This document shows, piece by piece, positions 9,128-19,574 of a stretch of 39,432 nt of DNA. The stretch's first letter is position 1; the number at the start of each line of letters is the position of its first letter. The notes beneath the pieces are model-generated. The model saw only the letters and a list, made by a program, of their open reading frames with translations, ran no database searches and was not told the DNA's origin. The stretch comes from Candidatus Latescibacterota bacterium. Lineage in GTDB: Bacteria > Latescibacterota > UBA2968 > GCA-2709665. The DNA lies in the NCBI GenBank assembly GCA_963662665.2, contig CAXXJS010000056.1, positions 1 to 39,432 on the forward strand. The letters run 5' to 3'. The translations under genes and the position numbers were made by a program.

Positions 9128-10189
9128 CTATCTACCGCCAAGCCTGACGCCGATACCGATAAGGAGCGAGAAGTCATTGACTTCGTCGTCAAACCAGCGC
9201 CGATACTGTCCCTCCGCGCGAACGACGAAAGCAGGTCCCAGGTACACCTGATAGCCCACGCCGCCGCCGGCGGAAAAGTCGGCCTCAGCCTCCCGTTCGT
9301 CCACGTCGAGAACCAGAACCGCGCCGTTGCACAGCAGATACGGCCCGGAGACGGCATTGTCTCGCAGAGTGAACAAGGCGCGCCCCCCAAAATTCAGGGA
9401 CGTGGTCTCAACCGCGCTGCCGGAACTTCGCCCGACGTTGATTTCCGGACCGCCGGACATGTTGGCGCTCGGAAACCAGGAGATAAAAATCGACGGATTT
9501 CCCAATACCCCGGACGTGGGGGAACCCGGCACGGCCATCATAACGATACTATCGTCGTCGGAGGAGATTCGGGAAATTCCGAATCGCGTTCCGATTTCGT
9601 AGTCGGCGGCGGAGTCGTTCCGTACAACACCGCCAGGCCTTGCCCATGCGCCCAATCCGACGAGGAGCGAGAAGTCATTGATGCCGTCGTCAAACCAGCG
9701 CCGATAACGCCCCTCCGCGCGGAGTACGAAAGCCGGCCCAGGACGCCATCGATATCCCAAACCCCCTCCGGCGGCATAGTCAGTCACTGAGGGGCGCTCA
9801 CGAAGATCAAAATGCCGCACGGCGCCCTGGCACAACACATAGAGACCGGACGTTGAATATCCCAGCGGAAAGAATGTTCCTCGACCTCCGAAATAAAGCG
9901 ATGTGATTCCAAAAATGTCTCCGGCGGTCCGCCCGACACTGAACTCCGAACCGACCGACATGTTTGCAACCGGAAACCACGATACATAGAGCGACGGGAT
10001 ACCCGGGATGCCCAGCGTCGGAGAACTCGGCAGGCCGATTATGGTGGCCCCTTCGCCATGGGAGGTATGATGGGTGAGTCCGAACAGCGTTCCAATCTCG
10101 AAACCGCGGACCGATTCCATTTCCTGTGCGGAAACGGGGCCGGCCAGCACAAGTGCGGCCAGGAACGCGACCACCATAGAGCGCAGCAT
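9128..10189 (-). CDS. Outer-membrane beta-barrel protein with two tandem homologous barrel domains
   Basis: Start MLRSMVVAFLAALVLAGPVSA at 10189 (GGAG RBS). Two halves each run EIGT.FG…SWFP.ANMS…GGG.GY…GPAFV.RAEG.YRRWFDD..NDFSLL.G.G, with alternating hydrophobic beta-strand patterns. Confidence 0.75.
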   Translation of the reverse strand: MLRSMVVAFLAALVLAGPVSAQEMESVRGFEIGTLFGLTHHTSHGEGATIIGLPSSPTLGIPGIPSLYVSWFPVANMSVGSEFSVGRTAGDIFGITSLYFGGRGTFFPLGYSTSGLYVLCQGAVRHFDLRERPSVTDYAAGGGLGYRWRPGPAFVLRAEGRYRRWFDDGINDFSLLVGLGAWARPGGVVRNDSAADYEIGTRFGISRISSDDDSIVMMAVPGSPTSGVLGNPSIFISWFPSANMSGGPEINVGRSSGSAVETTSLNFGGRALFTLRDNAVSGPYLLCNGAVLVLDVDEREAEADFSAGGGVGYQVYLGPAFVVRAEGQYRRWFDDEVNDFSLLIGIGVRLGGR

Positions 10190-10226
10190 ATTTTTCTCCA
10201 GGGAGAGCGACTTTTTCAACGGATTG

Positions 10227-11576
10227 TTAAGTTCCGAATGCGTCGACAAATCTGAAAAAGTCAGCGAAGTCCACCCTGCCGTTGCCGTCGAGGTCGAAAC
10301 GTGCGTCCGTACCGCCAAACGCATCTGCAAAGAGGAAGAAGTCGATAAAGTCGGTCCTTCCATCGCCATTGAAATCGGTCGTCGCTGGAGCTTGCACCAT
10401 GGTCGTTACGGCATGCACCACCGACCATGGGCCTTCGCTCGAGCCGATGACCGCACGCACCTGAACGTCGTACCGCTGGCCTCCCGTCAGGCCGGCCGCC
10501 TCGTGGCTCAGCGCCCCGGCGCCGGTCGTCCAGATATCCTCCAGCACCGTCCAATTCGCATCGGCCTTGTCGGGAGCGTCGCTGCGGATGTAGCGCAGAT
10601 CGTAGGCGGTGACGGCAGAACCGCCCGTGTTCGAGGGTGCCGACCACGTGATGGTGAACGAGCCGCGGCCAGCCGTCAGCGAGAGTATGGCGGGCGCCGT
10701 CGTGGTGGTATTCAGGGACGGCATATCGTAGGCATAGATCTTGTGGTCGAAGTCGTCGGCCACCCACATTGTCGTACCGTCGGACCAGATGCCCGTCGGG
10801 CTGGCGTTTCCTGCGTCGGCCAGCGTGTTGATTTCCTTGTCGCGGTCCCGGGCCCCGGACGTCAGATTGTACGCGTAGATTCGCGCGTCGACGTTATCCG
10901 CCACCCACATCGTCGTTCCGTCCGACCAGATGCCCGTTGGCTCGTCGTTTCCCGCGGCGCCCAGCGCATTTATGTCTTTGCTGGAGACCCGAGACCCGGT
11001 AGCCAGGGCGAAAGCATAGATCATTTCGTCAGACATGTCCGCCACCCACATCGTGGTTCCGTCCGACCAGATGCCCTCCGGGTTGTCGTTTCCGGCAGCT
11101 TCCAGCGTATTGATGTCCTTGTCGATGTCCCGGGCTTTCGTCGCCAGGGTATATGCATAAATCTTCTCGCCGAACCACGGATCGTCCGCCACCCACATCG
11201 TGGTCCCGTCCGACCAGATCCCCTCCGGCTCACCGTTTCCGGCGTTATCCAGCGTATTGAAGTCCTTATCCGGATCCCGAGCACCGGTCGCCCTGGCGTA
11301 CGCGTAAATCTTCTGGTCGCCCAGGAACTGATCGTCTGCCACCCACATTGTGGTACCGTCCGACCAGATCCCCTCGGGTTCGTCGTTTCCCGCGGCGCCC
11401 AGGGTATTGATGTCTTTACCGGAATCCCGATCGCAACACGAGGCCAGGATCATTTTCTGCGACTCGCCCACGTTTCCGTCCTCTCCGCTGCTACCCGTAC
11501 GCGAATAGCCGAATATAGCCGGCATCACAACGATAAACCACACGATGTGCCGTCGCTGGCGGATAAATTGCATCAT
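10227..11576 (-). CDS. Cargo protein: 5x GIWSDG repeat, FN3, C-terminal class-B dockerin
   Basis: Five GIWSDGTTMWVAD units. The FN3 and dockerin tail closely match those of 6294..8624. Confidence 0.88.
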   Translation of the reverse strand: MMQFIRQRRHIVWFIVVMPAIFGYSRTGSSGEDGNVGESQKMILASCCDRDSGKDINTLGAAGNDEPEGIWSDGTTMWVADDQFLGDQKIYAYARATGARDPDKDFNTLDNAGNGEPEGIWSDGTTMWVADDPWFGEKIYAYTLATKARDIDKDINTLEAAGNDNPEGIWSDGTTMWVADMSDEMIYAFALATGSRVSSKDINALGAAGNDEPTGIWSDGTTMWVADNVDARIYAYNLTSGARDRDKEINTLADAGNASPTGIWSDGTTMWVADDFDHKIYAYDMPSLNTTTTAPAILSLTAGRGSFTITWSAPSNTGGSAVTAYDLRYIRSDAPDKADANWTVLEDIWTTGAGALSHEAAGLTGGQRYDVQVRAVIGSSEGPWSVVHAVTTMVQAPATTDFNGDGRTDFIDFFLFADAFGGTDARFDLDGNGRVDFADFFRFVDAFGT

Positions 11577-11626
11577 TGTTGAACACCATTAAGCATGGTC
11601 TGTTTCCCGATCACTTTCACATGTAC

Positions 11627-14600
11627 TCACGAACCGAATGCATCCACAAACTTGAAAAAATCCGCGAAATCCACCGTGCCGCTGCCATCCAGGTCGAATT
11701 TGGGGTCGGTGCTACCGTACGCGTCGGCAAAGAGAAAGAAATCCACGAAATCGGTCCGGCCGTCGCCGTTGAAGTCGGTGGCTGCAACTGTCGAGCCGCC
11801 ACTGGCCGGCATGTTGTAGGCATATATCTTGGAACTGTAGTGCCTGATGCGTTCATTCGCGTTATTGAAAGTCCGACGCTCATAATTCGCCACCCATAGG
11901 GTCGTGCCGTCAGACCAGATGCCCGATGGTTCTTCGTTTCCAGCCGCATCCAGGCCGGTGAAATCCTTCGTAGAATCGCGAACCTTTGTGGCCACGTCGT
12001 AGGCGTAAACCTTGTCGTCGGCGACTACGTGCACGCCCCGATCGATAACCAGCCACATTGTCGAGCCGTCAGACCAGATACCACCAAGTGAACGATTACC
12101 GCCGCTAAGGGTGTTCAGGGCATTGAAGTCCTTAGTGGCGTCACGGGCTTTCGTCGCAAGACCATACGCGTAGATCTTGTCATCTTGCGTATCCACAACC
12201 CACATGGTCGTACCGTCGGACCAGATACCGGTGGGATATTCGTTTCCCGCTGCGCCCAACCCGCCAAAGTCCTTCGCAGCATCTCTCGCCGCTGTCGAAA
12301 GGTTGTAGGCATATAGCTTGTCGTCCGTCGGATCCGCTACCCACATCGTCGTCCCGTCACTCCAGACGCCACGGGGACTGGTGTTTCCCGCTGCGTCCAG
12401 CGCATCTATGTCCCTCGCCACGTCACGCGCCTTAGTGTTCAGGTTATAGGCGCCTATTTCCTTGTCGGCTGTATTGACCACCCACATTGTCGTACCATCA
12501 GACCAGAGTCCGGTCGGGTAATCGTTGTCTGCGGCGTTCAACGTGTTGAAGTCTTCCACAGCGTTCCACCCGTAGTCGGTGCTGACGCTCCGTCCCACAG
12601 TGACTGTATAATCTTCGGTGGTCCGCCCATCAGCGGCCGTCACGGATATGGTGACGTCGTTTCTACCCTCCGAAAGTGAGATCGCATGTGCGGCGCCGCT
12701 GGTTATGCTGGTCCCGTCGATATCGATCGTGGCGCCCGGCTGGTTAACTTCCGGCATCACCCAGACCTGCGTCACGTCGTTGGCCACGCCCAGATGATAG
12801 GTAGTTACGTTTGGTGAGAAGCCCGCAATGTCCTGAGGAATGAGCGTCAGTCCGCTCAGCGCGGCATCCACTCTGTTGGGCATGTTGTAGGAGAATATTC
12901 TGTTCTTCACTGAGTCCACTACCCACATGGTCGTCCCGTCCGACCAGATGCCCCAGGGGGATGTATTGCCGGCATCTCTAAGGGTGTCGAAGTCTCGCGA
13001 GGGATCGTGCGCCTTTGTGAGACTGTTGTAGGCGTATATCTTGGCGTCACTCACGTCAACCACCCACATCGTGGTTCGGTCGGTCCAAATGCCCATAGGC
13101 TGCGTGTTTCCAGCGGCGCGTAAGGTATTGAAGTCTTCACCGGGGTTTCTTTCCTTACGGTGCTCCAAGTGGGAGGTGCCCCAAAACACGTTATATGCGT
13201 ACAGTTTCCCGTCACCGGAATCTGCAACCCAAAAGGTAGGCCTGTGGCCCCAAATGCCGGTCGGGGAGTGAATTCCGACACTGGAAAGGCTATTGATTTC
13301 CCATAGAGTGTTGCGGCGATAGGTCCTTGAATCATAGGCATATATCTTCTTGTCGTTTGCGTCCGCCACGAACACTCTATACCCAGCGAATAAGATACCC
13401 ATGGGAGAGTTGTTTCCCCAGGTTCCCATGGTATGAAATCCGTCTGCTCCACGTTTCTTCGTGGTCATGTTGTATCTGCAAAGGTTCGCTCCTATGTTGG
13501 CGTTGCCAGTCGCGCAGGCCACCCACATCGTCGTGCCGTTAGACGAGATGCCACGCGGAGTGACAGCGTCATCGAGCCCAAGGTCATTGAAATCATCAGT
13601 AACCTTCCAGCCAAATGGGGCATTGGAACCTCTGTCCGCGGTGACGGTGTACTCTTCTGTGGTCGTGCCGTCTCGCGCGGTCACCGTGATGGTGATCTCA
13701 TTGCTCCCTTCCGCAAGGGAGACAGTGTGGCCCGATCCGCTGGATACCGAGCTTCCATTGATGTCAATGGTTGCCCCGTCGTCATTCAGGTAGGGCGTAA
13801 CCGTGACCTGGCTGACTTCGTTGGCCACGCCGACGTGATAGGACAGCACTTCGGCGGAAAAACCTTCAATGTCCACGGGACTGATCCCAAGCGCTTTCAA
13901 CGTCGCATCATCTGTAGTACCAGCGTCGGTCGGCGGGGTGGCGTCCGGTCGCTGCTGGCCGAATTCCTGCCACGTGGCCGTTCCGTTTCCGTCGAAGTCG
14001 GCCTGGAGCGCCGGGTATTGCTGCGCAGTCCCGAAATCCCACGGGTCGTCACCCCCGGTGGCCGCATCGCTGTCCCCGTCCGCGTTGTCCAGATCCAGGT
14101 TCCAACTGGCGTAGATTCCCGTGTAGCCGGTGGGTGCATGCAACTCCGCCGTCGTCTTCCGCTCCCCCGCGGCGCTCGACACTCTCCCGGAGGTTGAGGT
14201 ATTCCAATAACTGTTGTTGACGCCGTTGCCCTGGTTCCGTCCCACCAGCCCCCCGACGTCGCTTCCCGCACCTGTCACCCAACCCGTCGCATAGCCGGCG
14301 CGGATAAAACCCCATTGGTTATACCCCACCAACCCGCCGACAAAGTCATCGCCGGTCACGGCGCCCGTCGCGTAACTCGCCCGGATGCTCCTGTCGTTCT
14401 GCCCCACAAGCCCACCGACGTTGGTTTTTCCGGTTACCGACCCTGTCGCGTAGCAGACTGCGATACTGCCGCCGTTGTGATGCCCCACAAGCCCGCCGAC
14501 GTACGACAGGGTGCCGGTACCCGTCACGGCGCCAGACGCGTAGGAGGCACGAATGCTGCCGTAGTTATACCCCACCAGCCCCCCGACACTGCTGCGGTAG

Positions 14601-15397
14601 CTCGCCCTCGGGCCCGTCACCATTGCGGTCGAAAAACTGGCGGCGATGCTGTTGAATCCGTCGCCTGGCCCGCCGTTCCGGCCGACCAGTCCCCCGACTC
14701 TGGTGCTTCCGTCCCCCGTGCTTGATACCAACCCCGTCACGTGGCTTCCGGTGACGATACCGGTGTTACTCCCCGCCAACCCGCCGACAATGACTCCCCG
14801 ACTCGAGCCGTTCACGTCGGCGTCTACAACCCCAAGGTCCCGTACATGACCGCCGTTACCTACAACTCCGAACAGTCCGATCCGACTTGAGGAACGACGG
14901 ATGTACAAGTGTGAGATGGTGTGACCATTGCCGTCGAACGTGGCGATGAATTCGTTGCCGGTACCGTAACTTCCAATAGGCTCCCAGCCACGGCGACGGT
15001 TCCAGTATTCGTCTGCCGCATCCACGTCGCCGTCGCCGTCGGTATCGAAGTCCGGATCGGCCTTCAACTCGTACCCGGTACAGACGGGTACGTCCGGCGT
15101 GGCGGAATGCCCGTCGTGGTCCACGAGGGCGCAGCCCATACTCGCGGCGGGATCGGGGAAGGCGGCGGTATACGCGGATGCGTTCGCGCCGTTATCCACC
15201 GCGCCGTCGCCGTCCAGGTCCCAGCGCAATGCGTTCAACTGCGCGAGGGTGCTGATCTCGATCAGGCCGTCGCCGTCTGTGTCGTAGGAAATCGTGGCCT
15301 CAACTGCCTCGGGCGCGACAGACAGAAGGACGGCGCAGGAGACCGAAAAGCCCGAAGTCCAGAGTGACGAGTTGCATTTTGCTGTCAGCGTTCTCAT
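11627..15397 (-). CDS. Cargo protein: GLUG-type (GGLVG) beta-helix, 2x [cadherin-like beta-sandwich + 5x GIWSDG repeat], class-B dockerin
   Basis: Likely start MRTLTAK at 15397 (GAAGGG RBS). YDTDGDGLIEISTLAQL N-domain; many VGGLVG.N units; DATL..L…SYHVGVAN.V.QV…ITVTA.DG.T…YTV; C-terminal DFNGDGRTDFVDFF…FVDAFGS. Confidence 0.88.
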   Translation of the reverse strand: MRTLTAKCNSSLWTSGFSVSCAVLLSVAPEAVEATISYDTDGDGLIEISTLAQLNALRWDLDGDGAVDNGANASAYTAAFPDPAASMGCALVDHDGHSATPDVPVCTGYELKADPDFDTDGDGDVDAADEYWNRRRGWEPIGSYGTGNEFIATFDGNGHTISHLYIRRSSSRIGLFGVVGNGGHVRDLGVVDADVNGSSRGVIVGGLAGSNTGIVTGSHVTGLVSSTGDGSTRVGGLVGRNGGPGDGFNSIAASFSTAMVTGPRASYRSSVGGLVGYNYGSIRASYASGAVTGTGTLSYVGGLVGHHNGGSIAVCYATGSVTGKTNVGGLVGQNDRSIRASYATGAVTGDDFVGGLVGYNQWGFIRAGYATGWVTGAGSDVGGLVGRNQGNGVNNSYWNTSTSGRVSSAAGERKTTAELHAPTGYTGIYASWNLDLDNADGDSDAATGGDDPWDFGTAQQYPALQADFDGNGTATWQEFGQQRPDATPPTDAGTTDDATLKALGISPVDIEGFSAEVLSYHVGVANEVSQVTVTPYLNDDGATIDINGSSVSSGSGHTVSLAEGSNEITITVTARDGTTTEEYTVTADRGSNAPFGWKVTDDFNDLGLDDAVTPRGISSNGTTMWVACATGNANIGANLCRYNMTTKKRGADGFHTMGTWGNNSPMGILFAGYRVFVADANDKKIYAYDSRTYRRNTLWEINSLSSVGIHSPTGIWGHRPTFWVADSGDGKLYAYNVFWGTSHLEHRKERNPGEDFNTLRAAGNTQPMGIWTDRTTMWVVDVSDAKIYAYNSLTKAHDPSRDFDTLRDAGNTSPWGIWSDGTTMWVVDSVKNRIFSYNMPNRVDAALSGLTLIPQDIAGFSPNVTTYHLGVANDVTQVWVMPEVNQPGATIDIDGTSITSGAAHAISLSEGRNDVTISVTAADGRTTEDYTVTVGRSVSTDYGWNAVEDFNTLNAADNDYPTGLWSDGTTMWVVNTADKEIGAYNLNTKARDVARDIDALDAAGNTSPRGVWSDGTTMWVADPTDDKLYAYNLSTAARDAAKDFGGLGAAGNEYPTGIWSDGTTMWVVDTQDDKIYAYGLATKARDATKDFNALNTLSGGNRSLGGIWSDGSTMWLVIDRGVHVVADDKVYAYDVATKVRDSTKDFTGLDAAGNEEPSGIWSDGTTLWVANYERRTFNNANERIRHYSSKIYAYNMPASGGSTVAATDFNGDGRTDFVDFFLFADAYGSTDPKFDLDGSGTVDFADFFKFVDAFGS

Positions 15398-15510
15398 GAG
15401 TCTGCCCTTCTTTTCAGGTACAGGCTGGTCGATCGAGCGCGTATTGCCCAAAGGGAAGGTTTAACGATCGCTTCACCTGATACACCCGTCCTGACTAGCC
15501 TTTTCAGCAC

Positions 15511-17766
15511 CTACGATCCAAACGCATCCACAAACTTGAAGAAGTCCGCAAAATCCACGGTCCCGCTGCCATCCAGATCGAAACTGGCGTTCGTGCTGCC
15601 GTACGCGTCGGCGAAGAGGAAGAAATCGACGAAATCGGTCCGGCCGTCGCCGTTGAAATCGGTCGCGGCCTGTGTTGGCGCAGATGCCCCCGTCCACTCC
15701 GACCCGTCCCAAAGTTCAATCCCGTTGAGCCCGACGGAAGCGAGCAAGGATCCGTCTGGAGAGAACACCCCATTGATCCCGAAGCCCGAGCCGTCCCGCA
15801 GGTGGTCCGGATGGCCGAGCCTGGCGATATTTTCCTTTGTGTCAACATTCCACAGTCGGACTTCTCCCAGTCTTGCGCCGGTGGCGAGGACCGACCCGTC
15901 GGAGGAAAACGACGGGTCTCCGTGTCCCTGAAGGGTTCCAATCGTATCTCGCGCTGCCACGTCCCATAGCAGCATCGCGCCGTCCGTACTCGAAGCGAGC
16001 GTGGTCCCGTCGGGCGAATACGCCACGTCCAGGACCCGGCCGGTATTTCCCTCAAGGGTGGCGGTATTGGTACGTGTCGCCGTATTCCAGAGCTTGATCG
16101 TTCCGTCGCGCGAACCGGACGCGAGCGTACCATCGGGTGAATATGCAACCGAGAAGACATGACTGGTATGCCCGGTAAGAGTAGTGATAAGACGCTGGCT
16201 GGATACATCCCACAACTTGATCGTCTTGTCTCCCGATCCTGAAGCGAGGGTGTCTCCACTGGGCGAAAACGCCACCGAGTGGACGCCCGTGGGCCCGCCC
16301 GTATGCCCCGGCAGCGTGGCGATCAGGGTCTGGTCTGCAATATTCCACAGCTTGATATTGGCCTCGTTGGTTCTGGTGGATCCGGAAGCAATGGTGGCCC
16401 CGTCGGGCGAGAACGCCACGGAAGAACTTCCCCCGCTGAGTGACGCCGTGTGGGTTCGCGTCGACGTATTCCACAGATCGATCCCGGCGGACGAATTCGC
16501 GGCGAGGATCGCCCCGTCGGGCGAAAACTTCGCGCCATAGATCTCCGGTAACGTTGCTCGCGTATATCTGAACAACGTGGCGAGGTGGTGTTTCGAGGCT
16601 TCGGCAAATACGAAGTGGGTGTCGCGAAGCGGTCCGACGTTCGCATTCCCCTCCGTATCCACCGCGAGGACCGCCATGTACTGTGCAACGGAGGCGGCGA
16701 GACTCGAAACGCCTTCAGAGGGAATGATGCCGTCGTAGTTGAACGTAGCGACAGCCTGATTCTGACCGGTAAAAACCTGACATGATTTCACTTCCTGCGA
16801 TCCCGCTGCCGCGTGGGGGGATTTCGTTTTGAGCAGGAAAAACACCTGGTGAAGACCCCTGCTGCCGGAAGCCGTTACCCTGAACTGAACGGATAAGCTC
16901 GTTGCGCCGGCAGGATATCTCAGCGGTGAGATCAGCTCGACGCTCGGTGAGTTAAATTCCCCAAGGTCGTATCCATACTGAAATCCCTTGATCGTAATTG
17001 CAGGATTGAAGTAGGGATGCACCGACAACAGGCCGGCGCTGCACGCCGCCAGCCGGTTCCATCCCGGGCCATACGACATGATGTTGGCGCCATCGTTGAA
17101 ATTGTGCTGCAAGCCGAAGGCATGGCCGAGTTCATGAGCGGCCGTCTCAACGATGAAGCTGGCAGGCAGCAGCGCGTAACCGCGGTTATCCGCCCACCGG
17201 CCGCCAAAGCCCGCCACGTTGCCCCAACCCAGGTTGTTGTACGTGCTGTGGTCAACGACGATGAAGAAGATGTTCCTGGTGGTATCAAACGTCGGTCTCA
17301 GATCCCTGAACACGTTGCCGGCACCGACGATCCGATACGAGCGGAGATAGCTGGCATCGGAATTCGGCGCGTCCACACGGTGCACCACCGGATCACCCTG
17401 GTCGTCGGTCTCATACTCGAAGGTCTTGCTGCCATTGCCGTTCGACTGCATCTGGTCGCGAAAGAAGGTCTGGATCCGGGGAATCCTGGCCTTGATCGTG
17501 TCAACCACCTCCGGGTTGAACGTCCTGTCGTTCGGCAGGAAATAGATGAGGCACAACGTGCGTGTCTGGCCGGAGTCCGACACCGCCGGCCGCTTGGCGG
17601 CCGAACCGACGGCCAGTTGATGACCTAACTGCTCATGATCCGGCGCCTGGCAGGAGTGCGCCCAGTCGATCTCGGACGAAGACGAATAGCCCTGCGTCGG
17701 GACCAGGAGCGAAACGGTGACTACAGACGAAAACATAAAGTGAAGGACTGGAAATTTAATGGACAT
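15511..17766 (-). CDS. Cargo protein: metzincin Zn-metalloprotease, WD40 propeller, class-B dockerin
   Basis: Likely start MSIKFPVL at 17766 (GGAGGT RBS). HELGHAFGLQH (17104-17136) followed by a Met-turn NIMSY; WD40 repeats; C-terminal dockerin. Confidence 0.88.
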   Translation of the reverse strand: MSIKFPVLHFMFSSVVTVSLLVPTQGYSSSSEIDWAHSCQAPDHEQLGHQLAVGSAAKRPAVSDSGQTRTLCLIYFLPNDRTFNPEVVDTIKARIPRIQTFFRDQMQSNGNGSKTFEYETDDQGDPVVHRVDAPNSDASYLRSYRIVGAGNVFRDLRPTFDTTRNIFFIVVDHSTYNNLGWGNVAGFGGRWADNRGYALLPASFIVETAAHELGHAFGLQHNFNDGANIMSYGPGWNRLAACSAGLLSVHPYFNPAITIKGFQYGYDLGEFNSPSVELISPLRYPAGATSLSVQFRVTASGSRGLHQVFFLLKTKSPHAAAGSQEVKSCQVFTGQNQAVATFNYDGIIPSEGVSSLAASVAQYMAVLAVDTEGNANVGPLRDTHFVFAEASKHHLATLFRYTRATLPEIYGAKFSPDGAILAANSSAGIDLWNTSTRTHTASLSGGSSSVAFSPDGATIASGSTRTNEANIKLWNIADQTLIATLPGHTGGPTGVHSVAFSPSGDTLASGSGDKTIKLWDVSSQRLITTLTGHTSHVFSVAYSPDGTLASGSRDGTIKLWNTATRTNTATLEGNTGRVLDVAYSPDGTTLASSTDGAMLLWDVAARDTIGTLQGHGDPSFSSDGSVLATGARLGEVRLWNVDTKENIARLGHPDHLRDGSGFGINGVFSPDGSLLASVGLNGIELWDGSEWTGASAPTQAATDFNGDGRTDFVDFFLFADAYGSTNASFDLDGSGTVDFADFFKFVDAFGS

Positions 17767-18509
17767 CTGTACCTCCAAACAGCCTTGAGTGTAGACCACA
17801 TGAAACTGTGCCAGAGCAAGTCCAGAAATACTCGACCCAGGAAAACGACCGGGAGCCAGTCGGTCCAACTGCGTTGAGACAACTATACGAAACTGTCGCA
17901 TTTTGCGACAGTTTCGGCAGGATGAACCGCAGCCGGGGCTTGATTCGGCTCGTCCGCCTCCGTACAGGTCAACCCCTTTATTGCCGATTCCTCAGGCTCC
18001 GCTCAAAATCAGAGCGAGAAGGTCAATACGCTTCGGTCCAATCGTGTTTTCCATTCAATGCCCCCTCGACTGTGATGACACGATCCGTAAATCGGGCAAT
18101 CTAACCTTGATTCGTCATTTTTCGGGGACGTTAAATCGAATATACGCGAATGAACAAAGGCGATTTGACATTGGATTTCCAGGATACTTAAGGTCACTGG
18201 ACGGGACGGAAAAAACATCGTCTTGGACGACCTTTATGCCCGGTTTCGGAAGTTTTCGTCACGGCGCACTTTCGAATCGACGCTACTGCGTACGTCGACG
18301 ATAACGTCCAGGTGCGGTCGGAACCAGTGGTATTCCGTTTCTTGATTCGGATCTGTGGGGAAATTGGAAGGAAGACCTCGATACGTCCGACACGAGATGG
18401 TATTTCAGTCGATCGGGATTGCGGTGAGAAACATGGACTTCGCCAGCGATATGAAGAAATTCTGGTATATGACCGGATCTCTGACCGGTCGACCGTAGTA
18501 CGCGTTCAT

Positions 18510-18938
18510 TCAATCGACGGAGTGTGCGGTCAGAAACATCGATTTTGCCAAAGAGGTGAAGAAATCTTGATAAATTACCGGATCATTTACGGCCTTCTGA
18601 TTGAACTGCAGGTTTGCACGCACCAGCAATTGGGCCTCGCCCCTCGGACGGACGGTAACAGTAATTCGATATCGGTTCGTGTCAAATTTCGTGGCGCTAA
18701 CCACGCCAAGCGTTGCATCCGCCTTATCCAGGACATAGTCGAAATCCTGAAGTGTGGTGATAATGGTTCTGAGCATCATTTCCTTTTCCATGGTGTCGAA
18801 CGCCCGCGTCTGGACCCTTCTTAATCTGACTTGACTTTCGTCCATCTTCAACAGTTGCTCTTTCGATGATGTACATCCGAAAAACGAGGTCGCTAAGGAT
18901 GTGGCAATCACGACAGCCAATGTCCTGAAAATTGTCAT
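18510..18938 (-). CDS. Hypothetical lipoprotein (paralogue 3)
   Basis: Lipobox-like FFGC. Shares LR..QTR…LQD…LG…K and P..YQ.FF..L.KS.FL with the two upstream genes. Overlaps the stop of the preceding gene by 4 nt. Confidence 0.8.
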   Translation of the reverse strand: MTIFRTLAVVIATSLATSFFGCTSSKEQLLKMDESQVRLRRVQTRAFDTMEKEMMLRTIITTLQDFDYVLDKADATLGVVSATKFDTNRYRITVTVRPRGEAQLLVRANLQFNQKAVNDPVIYQDFFTSLAKSMFLTAHSVD

Positions 18939-19495
18939 AATTTCTGCCCTTCCAGAAAAACTGATTTTGAAAGTCGATCGAAAAACTCCTGGTATATTTC
19001 AGGAGCGTCCAGGGTTTCTAGTTGCGAAACCTTGTCAGCGGTATCCCAGACAACACGCTGAAACGTCACGCTCACCTTGTGTGTCCTGTCGTTATCTTCT
19101 GAGATTGGACGTACCACTACGGACGCCCTGAACCTCTGGTAGTCATCGGTCTCTTCATCCAGCGTACTAGTTCCAAGAGAAATCAACGCCATAATCCACC
19201 ACGCGACCTCCTGCGCTATTTCAGTTGCGTCCACTTCTTTGGAACCAACGATGAGTCCAAGTGTTGTTTCGCTCTCATCAATGGTGAATCCCAAGTCCTG
19301 AAGCACGCCGGCGGAAGCCGATAGAATTTCTGCTTCTGAAATACTTTGGTACTTTCTGGTCCTCAATTCCCTCTTTTGCAATAATTCCGGTGTCGCCCTG
19401 AAGGTATGTGTTTGAACCCGACTCCAGCAGCCTGTGAAAACCAGTACCACTAAGGCCGACACTGGAAGGAGACGTCTATTTCTAAAAATGACCAC
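18935..19495 (-). CDS. Hypothetical lipoprotein (paralogue 2)
   Basis: GTG start with GAGGGGG RBS; lipobox FTGC; ILSASAGVLQDLGF…PEIYQEFFDRLSKSVFLEG. Confidence 0.82.
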   Translation of the reverse strand: MVIFRNRRLLPVSALVVLVFTGCWSRVQTHTFRATPELLQKRELRTRKYQSISEAEILSASAGVLQDLGFTIDESETTLGLIVGSKEVDATEIAQEVAWWIMALISLGTSTLDEETDDYQRFRASVVVRPISEDNDRTHKVSVTFQRVVWDTADKVSQLETLDAPEIYQEFFDRLSKSVFLEGQKL

Positions 19496-19574
19496 AGTAT
19501 CCCCCTCAACTCATCTCATGCGAAATTGCCAAATGGGCACGGATCTGCCGAAGGCGTCGACAACCTGGAGTATC

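Noticed and set aside
19541-19570. Intergenic sequence translating to LQVVDAFGR, resembling a dockerin tail remnant
   Set aside because: Only a 13-nt exact match (gacgccttcggca) to the 21102 tail; too short to distinguish from chance.
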